From an uncultured Lachnospiraceae bacterium (lineage in GTDB: Bacteria; Bacillota; Clostridia; Christensenellales; UBA1242): DNA of 49,568 nucleotides. Below the pieces are notes generated by a model. That model saw only the letters and a list, made by a program, of their open reading frames with translations. It was not told where the DNA came from and ran no database searches. Shown piece after piece: positions 32,947 through 42,097 of this stretch. Location of the stretch: NCBI GenBank assembly GCA_964403245.1, contig CAYOEW010000002.1:1-49568 (forward strand), read 5' to 3'. Position 1 is the stretch's first letter; every line of letters starts with the position of its first letter. A program made the translations under genes and the position numbers.

Positions 32947-35874
32947 TTATTCAGCGGTTGGATTGAATGTGAAAAGTTCAATCAAAGCCTTTCTGAAATC
33001 TGTTGAAGCAGTGCTGTAAACTTCATTGATTGCTGAAGTTAAGGTTGTGTCATATGTTGTATGGTCTTCATCTGAAAGAAGACTTTCATTCTTCACAGAA
33101 AGCATCTTCTTCATGTTGTTGAAGATTTCAATCTTTTGTGCTTCTGTTTTGTCCATTGCGTCAATCAATTTCTGAACTTGCTCTGCATAAGCTTTTGTTG
33201 CTGAAATATTATATCCTTTAAGTCCAGTTTCCAATGTGTCAGCAAAATCAATTACATCCTGAATTTCAATCATGATTTCTTCAAAATCTTCATAGGTGTA
33301 ATAATCTTGAACATTTGTGATTCCAATATATTTTTTGATGTCTTCGGCGTTCTCGTTTGGAGTAAGTCCATTAAATTTGTTTGCATCGCTTGAGATGTTG
33401 TCGCCTGTCAAATACCAAATCACATGTGTGAAGATTTCATTGAACACACCATTCTTTTCTCCATTGTTGTATGCATCAACTCTCAAAATTTCAAGCACTT
33501 TGCCATAAAGTGACAACGCGTTTTCATTTTTGGATGACAAGTCATTGTTGAGTGTGATGTCGAGAAGTTTTTCAATTGTTGAAATGGTTTTTGTTCTTAC
33601 ATCTTTATTATCAAACACTGAAAGGTCAGTTTTTGCTGGGAATGTCGAAATTGTGCTTCCTGTAAGTTCAGAAATTGAACTGTCAATCTCATCAAAAATT
33701 TCTTTTGACAATTTTTTGAAAGTTTTTGCTGAAAGCACTGGTTCAAGCATTTTTGAAAGAACTGATTCTGTTCCAATCTTGTCGGAAATCATTGCTTTCA
33801 TAAGTTTCTCAAGGTCAATATCTCCTTGAATGAGATATTTCAAGTATGTCTTTTCTTCAACTGACCCGCGATTCAAAATGTTGAGAGCTTTTCCAATAAG
33901 TCCCAACTCTTTCTTCCATGTTTGATAGTCGTCTTCCTTTTTTATGTCATCCAAATCAGGAAGTGAAACATTTTCTGAAATTTGGTCAATTATTTCTTCA
34001 AAAACAATTGTTTTCAAATCAAGTGCATTAAGTTGATAGAATGGAAGCACAACACCCACAAACAAATTTTCATCTCGCGCAAGTCCCATCAAAACTCTGT
34101 CCAAAATGCTGTCAAATGTTACACCTTCTTTTCCAAAGTCTGTGAGCCCAAGTGTTTTTGCATAATCAATTGGCTGTGAAATAAATTCAAAGAAATTTTC
34201 ATAAGTTGAAAGTGTTGTTTTTCCAATTGGATTTTTTTCTTCCCAATACACTTCATCACCCAAGAGTTCAGCACCATAAATTTTGAGAATATTGTCAAAA
34301 ACATATACTTTTTCTGTTCTGACACCTTCTTCTTCTGGCAAAATCAAAATGTTGAGATTTCTTATTTTGTCAAAAGTTGTTCCAATCGAAACCAAAACTT
34401 CTTGAATGCTGTTAACACTTGTGAGTGTTTCAATGATGTCTGTTGATGAGAAAAGTTCGGATATTGAAATTTTCTTATTCAAATCAATGAATGCTTTGAC
34501 CGCATCAAGTGCGTCTTTAATCATTTGGTCTTTGTTTTCAATGTTCAAGTTGACTCCAACTTCAATTCCATCTTCATTTTCAAAGGCTTGTTCAATTTGG
34601 TCAGACAAAAGTTTTCCAACTGTGTTAAAGCCATCTCTGACAAGATTAAGATTGAAAATATTGTCCGCAACAGCCTTCACACTTTCTTCGTTTTCTCCAA
34701 CAACATTCATGATGTTTTCAAATTTTGTTGTGTCCACATCATTAAATTTTGTGATAAGGTCGCCTTTGAAAATTTCATCAAAAACATCAACAATTTTCAA
34801 AATATCATGTTTGATATATTCATATGTGCTAAAACTTTCATCACTAAACACTTCATACAAATCTGAAATGATGTCTTGTGCTGTTTGAGGAAGATTTTCA
34901 AGTCCCAAATCACCTTTGACTGTGTCAAATTTCACAATCAAGTCATTTACTGTGTCTGAAATAACTTTTTTGAAAAGCCCTTTGTCTAAGAACTCTTCCA
35001 TTGCTGTTTTGAAGTTGGTTAAATCAATTTCAGAGAATTTCCCCGCTTTTGCTTTGTTGTAAACCGAAACAAATTCATCATATATGCTTGTCATTGAAAC
35101 AACTTCTTTTCTGAATTCAATTTTTTCGCCATCAATTTCAACTGTTGACATATAGTCGAAAAGTGCGTTGTCAATTCCGCCGGCGCTTGCAATTTTCCCT
35201 ACTGCACTTTGGTTGTATGCCAAAATGATGTCGTTTACTTCTTTTGGGAAAATTTCAGAAATTGACTGCCCAATTGTTTTGAGTTCTTCGGAATTGTTTT
35301 CAAGTGTTTGAACTTGCGTTTGTGAATTTTCTTCAAGTTCGGCAATTTCAGCGTAGGTTTGTGTGAGCGACGTCAATGGTGCAAACAGCAAAATCATAAA
35401 CATGAAACCTTCAACAAGTCCAATCAAAGCACCATAAGCACGAAATGGTTTGTGTGCTTTGAAATCGTTTTTCTTTTTTCCAAAAGAAAGTCTTGCAACA
35501 ATGAGATATATTATGTCAAAAATTCCATTTGAAACAAGTGTCAAAAGCATAAACAAAATTGGTGAAACAATCGCTTTTGGAAGGTTGTTAAGAAATGTTT
35601 CTGCTGTTGCAAAATTTGAAAGGTCAACATTCGTTTCAACCGCATTGATGATATATTCACTCAATGTGTATTCAACACCTTCGGATGTTATTGTGATTTT
35701 CAAAATTGCATCTGTGACTGTTTTTGTAACCAACAGAGCCACAACAACACTTACCACAAAAAACAACAAGTGAAGTGAAGATCTTTTGAGTCCCCTTATC
35801 ATCCCAATGAAAAATCCGACAATCAAAAATAATGCCAAAACTGCTATTGATGCCCAAAAAACAATTGTGTTCAT
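32947..35874 (-). CDS. 975-aa membrane protein: CvpA-like 4-TM N-terminus fused to a long helical E/K/D/L/I-rich domain
   Basis: AAGGAG RBS. The N-terminus MNTIVFWASIAVLALFLIVGFFIGMIRGLKRSSLHLLFFVVSVVVALLV resembles the CvpA family. The remaining ~800 aa have no motif I recognise. Confidence 0.7.
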   Translation of the reverse strand: MNTIVFWASIAVLALFLIVGFFIGMIRGLKRSSLHLLFFVVSVVVALLVTKTVTDAILKITITSEGVEYTLSEYIINAVETNVDLSNFATAETFLNNLPKAIVSPILFMLLTLVSNGIFDIIYLIVARLSFGKKKNDFKAHKPFRAYGALIGLVEGFMFMILLFAPLTSLTQTYAEIAELEENSQTQVQTLENNSEELKTIGQSISEIFPKEVNDIILAYNQSAVGKIASAGGIDNALFDYMSTVEIDGEKIEFRKEVVSMTSIYDEFVSVYNKAKAGKFSEIDLTNFKTAMEEFLDKGLFKKVISDTVNDLIVKFDTVKGDLGLENLPQTAQDIISDLYEVFSDESFSTYEYIKHDILKIVDVFDEIFKGDLITKFNDVDTTKFENIMNVVGENEESVKAVADNIFNLNLVRDGFNTVGKLLSDQIEQAFENEDGIEVGVNLNIENKDQMIKDALDAVKAFIDLNKKISISELFSSTDIIETLTSVNSIQEVLVSIGTTFDKIRNLNILILPEEEGVRTEKVYVFDNILKIYGAELLGDEVYWEEKNPIGKTTLSTYENFFEFISQPIDYAKTLGLTDFGKEGVTFDSILDRVLMGLARDENLFVGVVLPFYQLNALDLKTIVFEEIIDQISENVSLPDLDDIKKEDDYQTWKKELGLIGKALNILNRGSVEEKTYLKYLIQGDIDLEKLMKAMISDKIGTESVLSKMLEPVLSAKTFKKLSKEIFDEIDSSISELTGSTISTFPAKTDLSVFDNKDVRTKTISTIEKLLDITLNNDLSSKNENALSLYGKVLEILRVDAYNNGEKNGVFNEIFTHVIWYLTGDNISSDANKFNGLTPNENAEDIKKYIGITNVQDYYTYEDFEEIMIEIQDVIDFADTLETGLKGYNISATKAYAEQVQKLIDAMDKTEAQKIEIFNNMKKMLSVKNESLLSDEDHTTYDTTLTSAINEVYSTASTDFRKALIELFTFNPTAE

Positions 35875-35949
35875 GTTTTTCTCCTTCTTTTTCCTATTTT
35901 AATATATTTTTGTCTGATTGCAAAGAAAAAACCATAAGATTTTTGCCTT

Positions 35950-37029
35950 TTATTGAATTTTTCCTTCAACAATTTTGAAAATTTTTCCTTCAACGGCACT
36001 TTCATCTGTGCAAGTGATGAATGTTTGTGTGCGGTCAACAAATTTCAAAAGCCTGCGTTTGCGGTCGCTGTCAAGTTCAGAAAACACATCATCCAAAAGA
36101 AGAATTGGATATTCCCCATTGATGTTGTTCATATTTTCAAGTTCTGCAAGTTTAAGCGAAAGTGCAACAGTTCGCTGTTGTCCCTGTGAACCAAAATCTT
36201 TGACTTCAACATCATTCAAAAATATGTCAATATCATCCCGATGAACCCCAATGCTTGTGTATCCAAGTTTATGGTCTTTCTCCAAATTTTTCTTCAACAA
36301 TTTTTCCATGTTGATTTCAAAATTTTCATCCAACTCAACGTTGCACCCACATCTATATATAAGGTTGAGATTTTCCTTTCCACCACTCAAATATGAATGC
36401 GCTTTTTGGGCGTAAGGAAGAATTTGTTCAACAAACTTTTGTCTTTCAAAAGCAATTATCTTTGCACTCGTCACAAGCGCCCTGTTCCAAATGTCAATTG
36501 TTTCTTTGAGTGCTGAAATTGACGAACAAGTTTTGATGAGTTTGTTTCTGTTTGCCAAAATTTTTTCATAGCGCGCAAGTTGATAAAAATATCTTTTGTT
36601 GTTTTGAGATATGTCAATATCCATAAATCTTCTTCTCTCTTGTGGGCTTTCTCTGACAAGTCGAAGTTCCTGCGGAGAGAAAAACACAAGGTTAATTTCA
36701 CCAATAAGTTCCCCCAAACGCCTTATTGGAAGAGAATTGATTTTGACACTTTTCTTCTGATTTGCAAAAAGTGAAACATCAATCGTCACATCTCTGTATT
36801 TTTTGTTTGCTGTCATGGTTATGTGTGAAGACTCTTCTTTCCATCTGATAAGTTCCTTGTCCTTGCAAGATTTGAAACTCTTTCCAAGGCAAGAAAAATA
36901 TATGCTTTCAAGAAGATTTGTCTTTCCTTGCGCATTTTTTCCAATGAAAACATTTACCTTTTCATCAAAGTGAACGGTAAGATTGTCATAATTTCGAAAA
37001 TTCTTTATTGTAAGTTTTTCTATCTTCAC
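35950..37029 (-). CDS. recF: DNA replication and repair protein RecF
   Basis: MKIEKLTIKNFRNYDNL...GKNAQGKTNLLESIYF, plus a C-terminal LLLDDVFSELD Walker B/signature region. Confidence 0.92.
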   Translation of the reverse strand: MKIEKLTIKNFRNYDNLTVHFDEKVNVFIGKNAQGKTNLLESIYFSCLGKSFKSCKDKELIRWKEESSHITMTANKKYRDVTIDVSLFANQKKSVKINSLPIRRLGELIGEINLVFFSPQELRLVRESPQERRRFMDIDISQNNKRYFYQLARYEKILANRNKLIKTCSSISALKETIDIWNRALVTSAKIIAFERQKFVEQILPYAQKAHSYLSGGKENLNLIYRCGCNVELDENFEINMEKLLKKNLEKDHKLGYTSIGVHRDDIDIFLNDVEVKDFGSQGQQRTVALSLKLAELENMNNINGEYPILLLDDVFSELDSDRKRRLLKFVDRTQTFITCTDESAVEGKIFKIVEGKIQ

Positions 37030-37070
37030 GCAACCATTTTAGCACATTTTTTTTATATTTCAAAACGCGC

Positions 37071-37099
37071 TTGACAATTTATTTTTTTTATTTTAAGAT
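37071..37099 (+). promoter_or_regulatory. candidate dnaA promoter
   Basis: TTGACA, 17 nt, TAAGAT, 22 nt before the ATG. Confidence 0.4.
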
Positions 37100-37121
37100 T
37101 ATTTCATACAGGAGATGTTTT

Positions 37122-38465
37122 ATGCAAGATATATCAGTTGTTTGGCAACAAATTTTGGAAAAACTTGAATTGCAAGTTTCTTCCGTTTCATTTATGTTGT
37201 GGATAAAAACAATCAAACCTTTGGATATTGATGAAAAAGACAATTTCGTCATCGCAGCGCAATCTGTTTCTGCAAAAAACCAAATTTTGAGAAATTTTCT
37301 TGACAAAATCGGCGAATGTGCTTTTGAAGTGACAGGAAAACCAATGAAAATTGTCGTTCTTGACCAAAATGAAGAGATTGAATATCTCAAATCAAACAAA
37401 GTTGATGAAAAAAATGTTTCTTCTAAAGAAGAAAAAAATCCTTTTGTTGAAAAATTTACTTTCGACAATTTTGTTGTCGGCAAAAGCAATCAATTTGTCT
37501 ATGCAGCCGCTCGAACTGTCGCTGAACATCCGGGAAAAAGATATAATCCGTTGTTTATCTATGGTGGTGTTGGTCTTGGAAAAACTCACCTTTTGCACTC
37601 AATTGGAAACTATATCCGAGAATTTTCACCAGAACTTAAAATCAAATATATCACTTGCGAACAGTTTACGAATGACTATATCTCTTCTCTTTATTCACCG
37701 ACAAAAAACAAGGCAATTATGGAATTTCGCGGAAAATATCGCAATTTGGACGTCTTGATGGTGGATGATATTCAATTCATTGCACGCGGAAAAGAAACTC
37801 AAGAAGAATTTTTCCACACTTTCAACGAACTTATCATGGAAAGCAAACAAGTCATCATCTGTTCAGACCGCCCACCAAAAGATATTCCAACTCTTGAAGA
37901 CAGACTTCGCAGTCGTTTTTCAAGTGGACTGATTCACGACATTCAACAACCTGACATTGAAACAAGAATTGCCATTTTGCACAAAAAAAGCCAACTTGAA
38001 AAATATTACGCCGAAGATGATGTTATAAACTATATCGCTGAACGCATCGACACAAATATAAGAGAACTTGAAGGGAAACTTTCAGAAGTTTACTTCTTGG
38101 CAACACTTTCAGGAAAAAAAGTTGCAACAATGGAAGAAGTCAAAGATATTTTTTCAGGACAACTTGAAGAAACAAAGTCAGATTTGACTGCAGATAAGAT
38201 TATTTCGGTCGTTTGCGACTATTTCAACATTTCATATCAGGACATCACTGGCAAGAAGAAAAGCAAAGAAATTGTTGAACCAAGAATGATTGCAATCTAT
38301 CTGATAAGCGAACTTTTGTCACTCCCACTCGTCAACATTGGAAAACTTTTTGGTGGACGTGACCACACAACAATCATGCACTCTCGCGACAAGATTACAG
38401 AAGACTTGAAAAACAACAAAAAAATCCAACTTCTTGTTGCAGACATCAAAGAAATTTTGAAATAA
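37122..38465 (+). CDS. dnaA: chromosomal replication initiator protein DnaA
   Basis: AGGAG RBS. MQDISVVWQQILEKL..., AAA+ GGVGLGKTHLLHSIGN, and the C-terminal DNA-binding LPLVNIGKLFGGRDHTTIMHS. Confidence 0.95.
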   Translation: MQDISVVWQQILEKLELQVSSVSFMLWIKTIKPLDIDEKDNFVIAAQSVSAKNQILRNFLDKIGECAFEVTGKPMKIVVLDQNEEIEYLKSNKVDEKNVSSKEEKNPFVEKFTFDNFVVGKSNQFVYAAARTVAEHPGKRYNPLFIYGGVGLGKTHLLHSIGNYIREFSPELKIKYITCEQFTNDYISSLYSPTKNKAIMEFRGKYRNLDVLMVDDIQFIARGKETQEEFFHTFNELIMESKQVIICSDRPPKDIPTLEDRLRSRFSSGLIHDIQQPDIETRIAILHKKSQLEKYYAEDDVINYIAERIDTNIRELEGKLSEVYFLATLSGKKVATMEEVKDIFSGQLEETKSDLTADKIISVVCDYFNISYQDITGKKKSKEIVEPRMIAIYLISELLSLPLVNIGKLFGGRDHTTIMHSRDKITEDLKNNKKIQLLVADIKEILK

Positions 38466-38496
38466 TGTGTGTGAAAATGTGTATATCTTAAACTGC

Positions 38497-38662
38497 TTGT
38501 CCACAAAGTTATGCACATTTTTGAATTTGAAAAAACCACAATATATTGTGTTGTTGAGTAACAAAAAATCACAAAATAGACGATTTTCGACAAGTTATAC
38601 ACATTTCCACAGCCATAATAAAAATTATTGTTATTTAAATAAAAATTAAATTATAAATTAAC
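38497..38662. other. oriC-like element: DnaA-box cluster followed by an AT-rich unwinding region
   Basis: Boxes with one mismatch to TTATCCACA, all in one orientation: TTGTCCACA (38497-38505), TTATGCACA (38509-38517) and TTATACACA (38595-38603). A two-mismatch box ATTTCCACA is at 38603-38611. Then GCC and a 48-bp almost pure A/T run (38615-38662) containing ATAAAAATTA twice. Confidence 0.6.
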
Positions 38663-38692
38663 TTGCGTGTGTGGGCGCGATTGTGTTATAAT
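38663..38692 (+). promoter_or_regulatory. candidate dnaN promoter
   Basis: TTGCGT, 18-nt GC-rich spacer, extended -10 TGTTATAAT. Confidence 0.4.
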
Positions 38693-38716
38693 ATTAGCGA
38701 ATAAAGGAGAAATATT

Positions 38717-39817
38717 ATGTTAGTAAGTTGCCATGGAATTGAACTTTCAGATGCATTTTTAAGTGTAAGTAAAGCCATTTCAAACAAAATCACAAATCCA
38801 ATTTTGGAAGGAATTAAAATTGTTGCCGAAGATGACACTCTCACATTCAGTGCCACCGATACAGAACTTTCAATTGAAAGAAAAATCAAAGCAAACATCA
38901 AAACAGAAGGTGAAGCAGTTGTTCCTGGAAAATTCATCACTGAATTCATCAAAAAACTCACAAACGAGATGATTGAACTTGAAATCAATGACAAAAACCA
39001 GATGATAATCAAATATGACGACAGCCAAAGCATCATTGCTTGCTATAATGTTTTGGAATATCCATCATTCAAAACTGTTGAATCCATGAAATATTTTGGA
39101 ATTGCAAAAAAAGACCTTAAAACAATCATCAACAAAACAATTTTTTCAGTTGCAGTTGATGATTCAAGACCAATTTTGAAAGGAGTGCTTTTTGACATCG
39201 AAAAGAACACTCTCAACGCCATTGCTCTTGATGGATATCGTCTTGCAAAGGTGAAAAAGAACATTGTTTCAGACCTTGATATGAACATTGTTATTCCTGC
39301 AAAAAGTTTGGCTGAAATTTCAAGACTTTTGGATGACAGTGATGAAATCATCAATGTTTATGTTGACAACAGCACTCTTATGGTTGATTTTGGTGACACA
39401 AAACTCACCACTCGCCTTTTGGAAGGAGAATTTGTAAACTACAAACAAATCATTGCTGCAAACTATGGCACAGTTTGTGTTGTGAACAAAGCACAATTTG
39501 AAGATGCGCTTGAAAGAGCAAGCTTGCTTTCAAAAGTTGGACAAGGAAATTGTGTAAAATTTGATGTTAAAGAAAAGAATTTGTGCATAACTTCAAATTC
39601 AGAACTTGGAAATGTCAAAGAAAATGTTCCTGTAAACATGAGCGGGAAAGAACTTTTGATTGCATTCAATGCAAGATACTTCATTGAGAACTTGAAAGCA
39701 AACACAGATGAGTTTGTGAAAATTTGCTTCAACGCACCTGCAAATCCATGTGTGATTGTTCCTGTTGAAGGCGATGAATTTTTGTATTTGATTTTGCCAG
39801 TGAGAATGATTGGTTAA
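38717..39817 (+). CDS. dnaN: DNA polymerase III beta sliding clamp
   Basis: AAAGGAG RBS, 366 aa, and the expected position after dnaA. ILEGIKIVAEDDTLTFSATDTELSIE and the C-terminal YLILPVRM are characteristic. Confidence 0.92.
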   Translation: MLVSCHGIELSDAFLSVSKAISNKITNPILEGIKIVAEDDTLTFSATDTELSIERKIKANIKTEGEAVVPGKFITEFIKKLTNEMIELEINDKNQMIIKYDDSQSIIACYNVLEYPSFKTVESMKYFGIAKKDLKTIINKTIFSVAVDDSRPILKGVLFDIEKNTLNAIALDGYRLAKVKKNIVSDLDMNIVIPAKSLAEISRLLDDSDEIINVYVDNSTLMVDFGDTKLTTRLLEGEFVNYKQIIAANYGTVCVVNKAQFEDALERASLLSKVGQGNCVKFDVKEKNLCITSNSELGNVKENVPVNMSGKELLIAFNARYFIENLKANTDEFVKICFNAPANPCVIVPVEGDEFLYLILPVRMIG

Positions 39818-39824
39818 AAAAAGT

Positions 39825-39848
39825 AAAATCGGAGAAATCCGATTTTTT
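39825..39848 (+). terminator. intrinsic terminator after dnaN
   Basis: AAAATCGGA, loop GAAA, TCCGATTTT, then a T-run. Confidence 0.7.
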
Positions 39849-39992
39849 CATTGCAACTATGTGGATGATAAAAAATCAAAATTTCAATTTTTTTTGAAAT
39901 ATTTTTACGCACCAACCTGTCGAAGAAAGAAATATTTTTGTTGATTTTTTAAAATTATTTAAAATCTGACAAAAAAATGAAGTCATTTACAG

Positions 39993-40021
39993 TTGACAAA
40001 AGATTTTAAATCTTTTATAAT
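39993..40021 (+). promoter_or_regulatory. consensus promoter of the rpmH-rnpA-yidD-yidC operon
   Basis: TTGACA, 17 nt, TATAAT. Confidence 0.6.
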
Positions 40022-40060
40022 AAGGCGTAATCTTTACGAAAATTGCTTAAGGAGAAAAAA

Positions 40061-40195
40061 ATGAAAAGAACATTACAACCTAAAAAAAGACAAAGACAAA
40101 AAGTTCACGGATTCCGTCAAAGAATGAGAACTAAAGGTGGAAGAAACGTTTTGAAAAGACGCAGAAACAGAGGCAGAAAGAACATCGCTGCTTAA
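40061..40195 (+). CDS. rpmH: 50S ribosomal protein L34
   Basis: [44 protein letters not shown] (44 aa) with an AAGGAG RBS. It is below the ORF-track size cutoff. Confidence 0.93.
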   Translation: MKRTLQPKKRQRQKVHGFRQRMRTKGGRNVLKRRRNRGRKNIAA

Positions 40196-40204
40196 GGTGT
40201 TTCA

Positions 40205-40534
40205 ATGGATCACAGATTAAGAAAAAACAGTCAGTTTCAATACATCTATCGCAAGGGAGAAAGATGTCACACCGACAATTTCACGCTTTTTGCTGTTCCA
40301 AGCAGGTTTTCAACCTACAAAATTGGTTTTTCGATCAGCAAAAAACTTGGGAAAGCGAACAAAAGAAATTTGCTTAAAAGAAGGATGAAGGAGATTGTTA
40401 AAAACCTTCAAATTCCTTCTTTTTGTAACTATGTTGTTCTTGCCAAAGAAGGTGCAACTGAACTTGATTTTCAACATTTGAATTTTGAACTTAAAAGATT
40501 GTTTGAAAAATATGAAAATAAAAAACATTCTTAA
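40205..40534 (+). CDS. rnpA: ribonuclease P protein component
   Basis: MDHRLRKNSQFQYIYRKGERCHTDNFTLFAV..., 109 aa, directly after rpmH. Confidence 0.9.
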   Translation: MDHRLRKNSQFQYIYRKGERCHTDNFTLFAVPSRFSTYKIGFSISKKLGKANKRNLLKRRMKEIVKNLQIPSFCNYVVLAKEGATELDFQHLNFELKRLFEKYENKKHS

Positions 40535-40775
40535 AAACATCTTTCTTACACCTGTTTGGATTTACAAATTTTGTATTTCCCCACTTTTGCCACATGCATG
40601 CATATTCACTCCAACTTGTTCGGACTATTTTGTGCGTTCGGTCAGAGAATTTGGAATTTTGAAGGGTTCTTGGCTTGGAGTAAAAAGAATTTTCAGATGT
40701 GTTCCATGGCAAAAGAAAAGAGGGTATGACCCTGTTCCAATCAACATAAAAGGAGACAACCTATGGATTTTGTGA
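40512..40775 (+). CDS. yidD: membrane protein insertion efficiency factor YidD
   Basis: YKFCISPLLPHACIFTPTCSDYFVRSVREFGILKGSWLGVKRIFRCVPW..GYDPVP. Overlaps the rnpA 3' end. Confidence 0.85.
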   Translation: MKIKNILKNIFLTPVWIYKFCISPLLPHACIFTPTCSDYFVRSVREFGILKGSWLGVKRIFRCVPWQKKRGYDPVPINIKGDNLWIL

Positions 40776-42031
40776 GTTTAAACTTGACAGTCTTGAATGC
40801 TCCAACTGGTTTTTGGCAGACGATTTTGAATGCATTTAAGGGTGCTTTGGGCACTTATATGCTTGCCATAATCTTACTTGCAGTGCTTGTCAGAATTGTT
40901 TTTTCGCTTGTTGACATCATAAACAAAAAAGTTACAATGAAAACAAACGCCATTAACGAGAAAATGAAACCTGAAATGGAAGCAATTCAAAAGAAGTATG
41001 GCGGCGACAGAGTCGTTATGCAACAAAAAATGAACGAACTTCAAAGAAAATATGGCGGAAGTATGATGGCCGGCTGTCTTCCAATGCTCATTTCCTTGGT
41101 TTTGCAGTTTACTGTGTTTTTGACGCTTTGGTCATCACTTCAAGCGGTTGCAAATTTCAATATTGCTGAAAAATATGAGAACATGAAAAATGTTTACGCA
41201 AATGTCATCAATCTCAACACTCAAGAGATGCTTTCGTCTTTGAGTGGATATGAAAATGGTGACGAACTTTCAGTTGTTGTTGATGTTGAAGGAAAGATTG
41301 TTCAAATTTCAAACACAACGAAGGGGTTAACAAATGAGGTGGAATACAAGAGTGATTGGTCAAACGAAGAAATTTACAATCTTCTCGAAACATATGTGAT
41401 TGATCCATCAAACGAAGAAACAACTCAAGCGACAGCCTACACACCAAAAACATACAGCAGTGTGCTCAAAACTTTGGCTGAAGAAATATCTGAAAAATAC
41501 TACCTTGAAAATCAGGAAGGATTTTTGTGGATTAAGAATGTTTATAAATCAGAATCCCCAACAAGTCCATTATTCACAAAAAGTGAAATAAAGAACTATC
41601 TTTCAGGGTTCTATTCAGAAGAAGAGAAGGCTTTGGAAGAAGAGAACGACTATGAAGGCAAAATCTTTGATTGTGTCATCACTGCGGGAATTGGTCAAAA
41701 AGACCTTGGATGCAACGGATATTATATTCTTACAATCATCGCTGTGCTTTCATCATTCCTGTCGCTTTGGCTTTCAAACAAGCTTATGAAAAATCAAAGC
41801 AGTTCTCAATCACAATCAAAAGCAATGTATTTCATAATGCCAATCATCTTTGGAATTTTCACATTTATGTACACAAGTTTGTTTGCGATTTACATCATTG
41901 TTGGACAACTTGTGATGATTGCTCTCACTCCGCTTACAACATGGGTTGTCAAGAAATGGAATGATCACGACGAAAAGAAAAACAAAGACAAAAATGTGAT
42001 TGAAGTTGATTACAGAAGAAAAGACGTTTAA
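40763..42031 (+). CDS. yidC: membrane protein insertase YidC/Oxa1 family with enlarged extracytoplasmic loops
   Basis: TM1 plus amphipathic hairpin (LAIILLAVLVRIVF...KMKPEMEAIQKKYGGD...LQRKYG) and GCLPMLISLVLQFTVF. The FLWIKNV motif follows only after a ~140-aa insertion. AAAGGAG RBS lies inside yidD. Confidence 0.88.
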   Translation: MDFVSLNLTVLNAPTGFWQTILNAFKGALGTYMLAIILLAVLVRIVFSLVDIINKKVTMKTNAINEKMKPEMEAIQKKYGGDRVVMQQKMNELQRKYGGSMMAGCLPMLISLVLQFTVFLTLWSSLQAVANFNIAEKYENMKNVYANVINLNTQEMLSSLSGYENGDELSVVVDVEGKIVQISNTTKGLTNEVEYKSDWSNEEIYNLLETYVIDPSNEETTQATAYTPKTYSSVLKTLAEEISEKYYLENQEGFLWIKNVYKSESPTSPLFTKSEIKNYLSGFYSEEEKALEEENDYEGKIFDCVITAGIGQKDLGCNGYYILTIIAVLSSFLSLWLSNKLMKNQSSSQSQSKAMYFIMPIIFGIFTFMYTSLFAIYIIVGQLVMIALTPLTTWVVKKWNDHDEKKNKDKNVIEVDYRRKDV

Positions 42032-42039
42032 TAAAATAT

Positions 42040-42078
42040 AAGAATGTTATTCAAATTTGAATAGCATTCTTTTTTTTG
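42040..42078. terminator. intrinsic terminator between convergent yidC and the amidase gene
   Basis: AAGAATGTTATTC..GAATAGCATTCTT long hairpin followed by T8. Confidence 0.7.
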
Positions 42079-42097
42079 ATAAGTTTTTTTTGAAAAG

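Noticed and set aside
37030-37121. DnaA-box cluster upstream of dnaA
   Set aside because: The 92-bp recF-dnaA spacer holds only a promoter-like TTGACA-17-TAAGAT and the RBS. No 9-mer lies within two mismatches of TTATCCACA.
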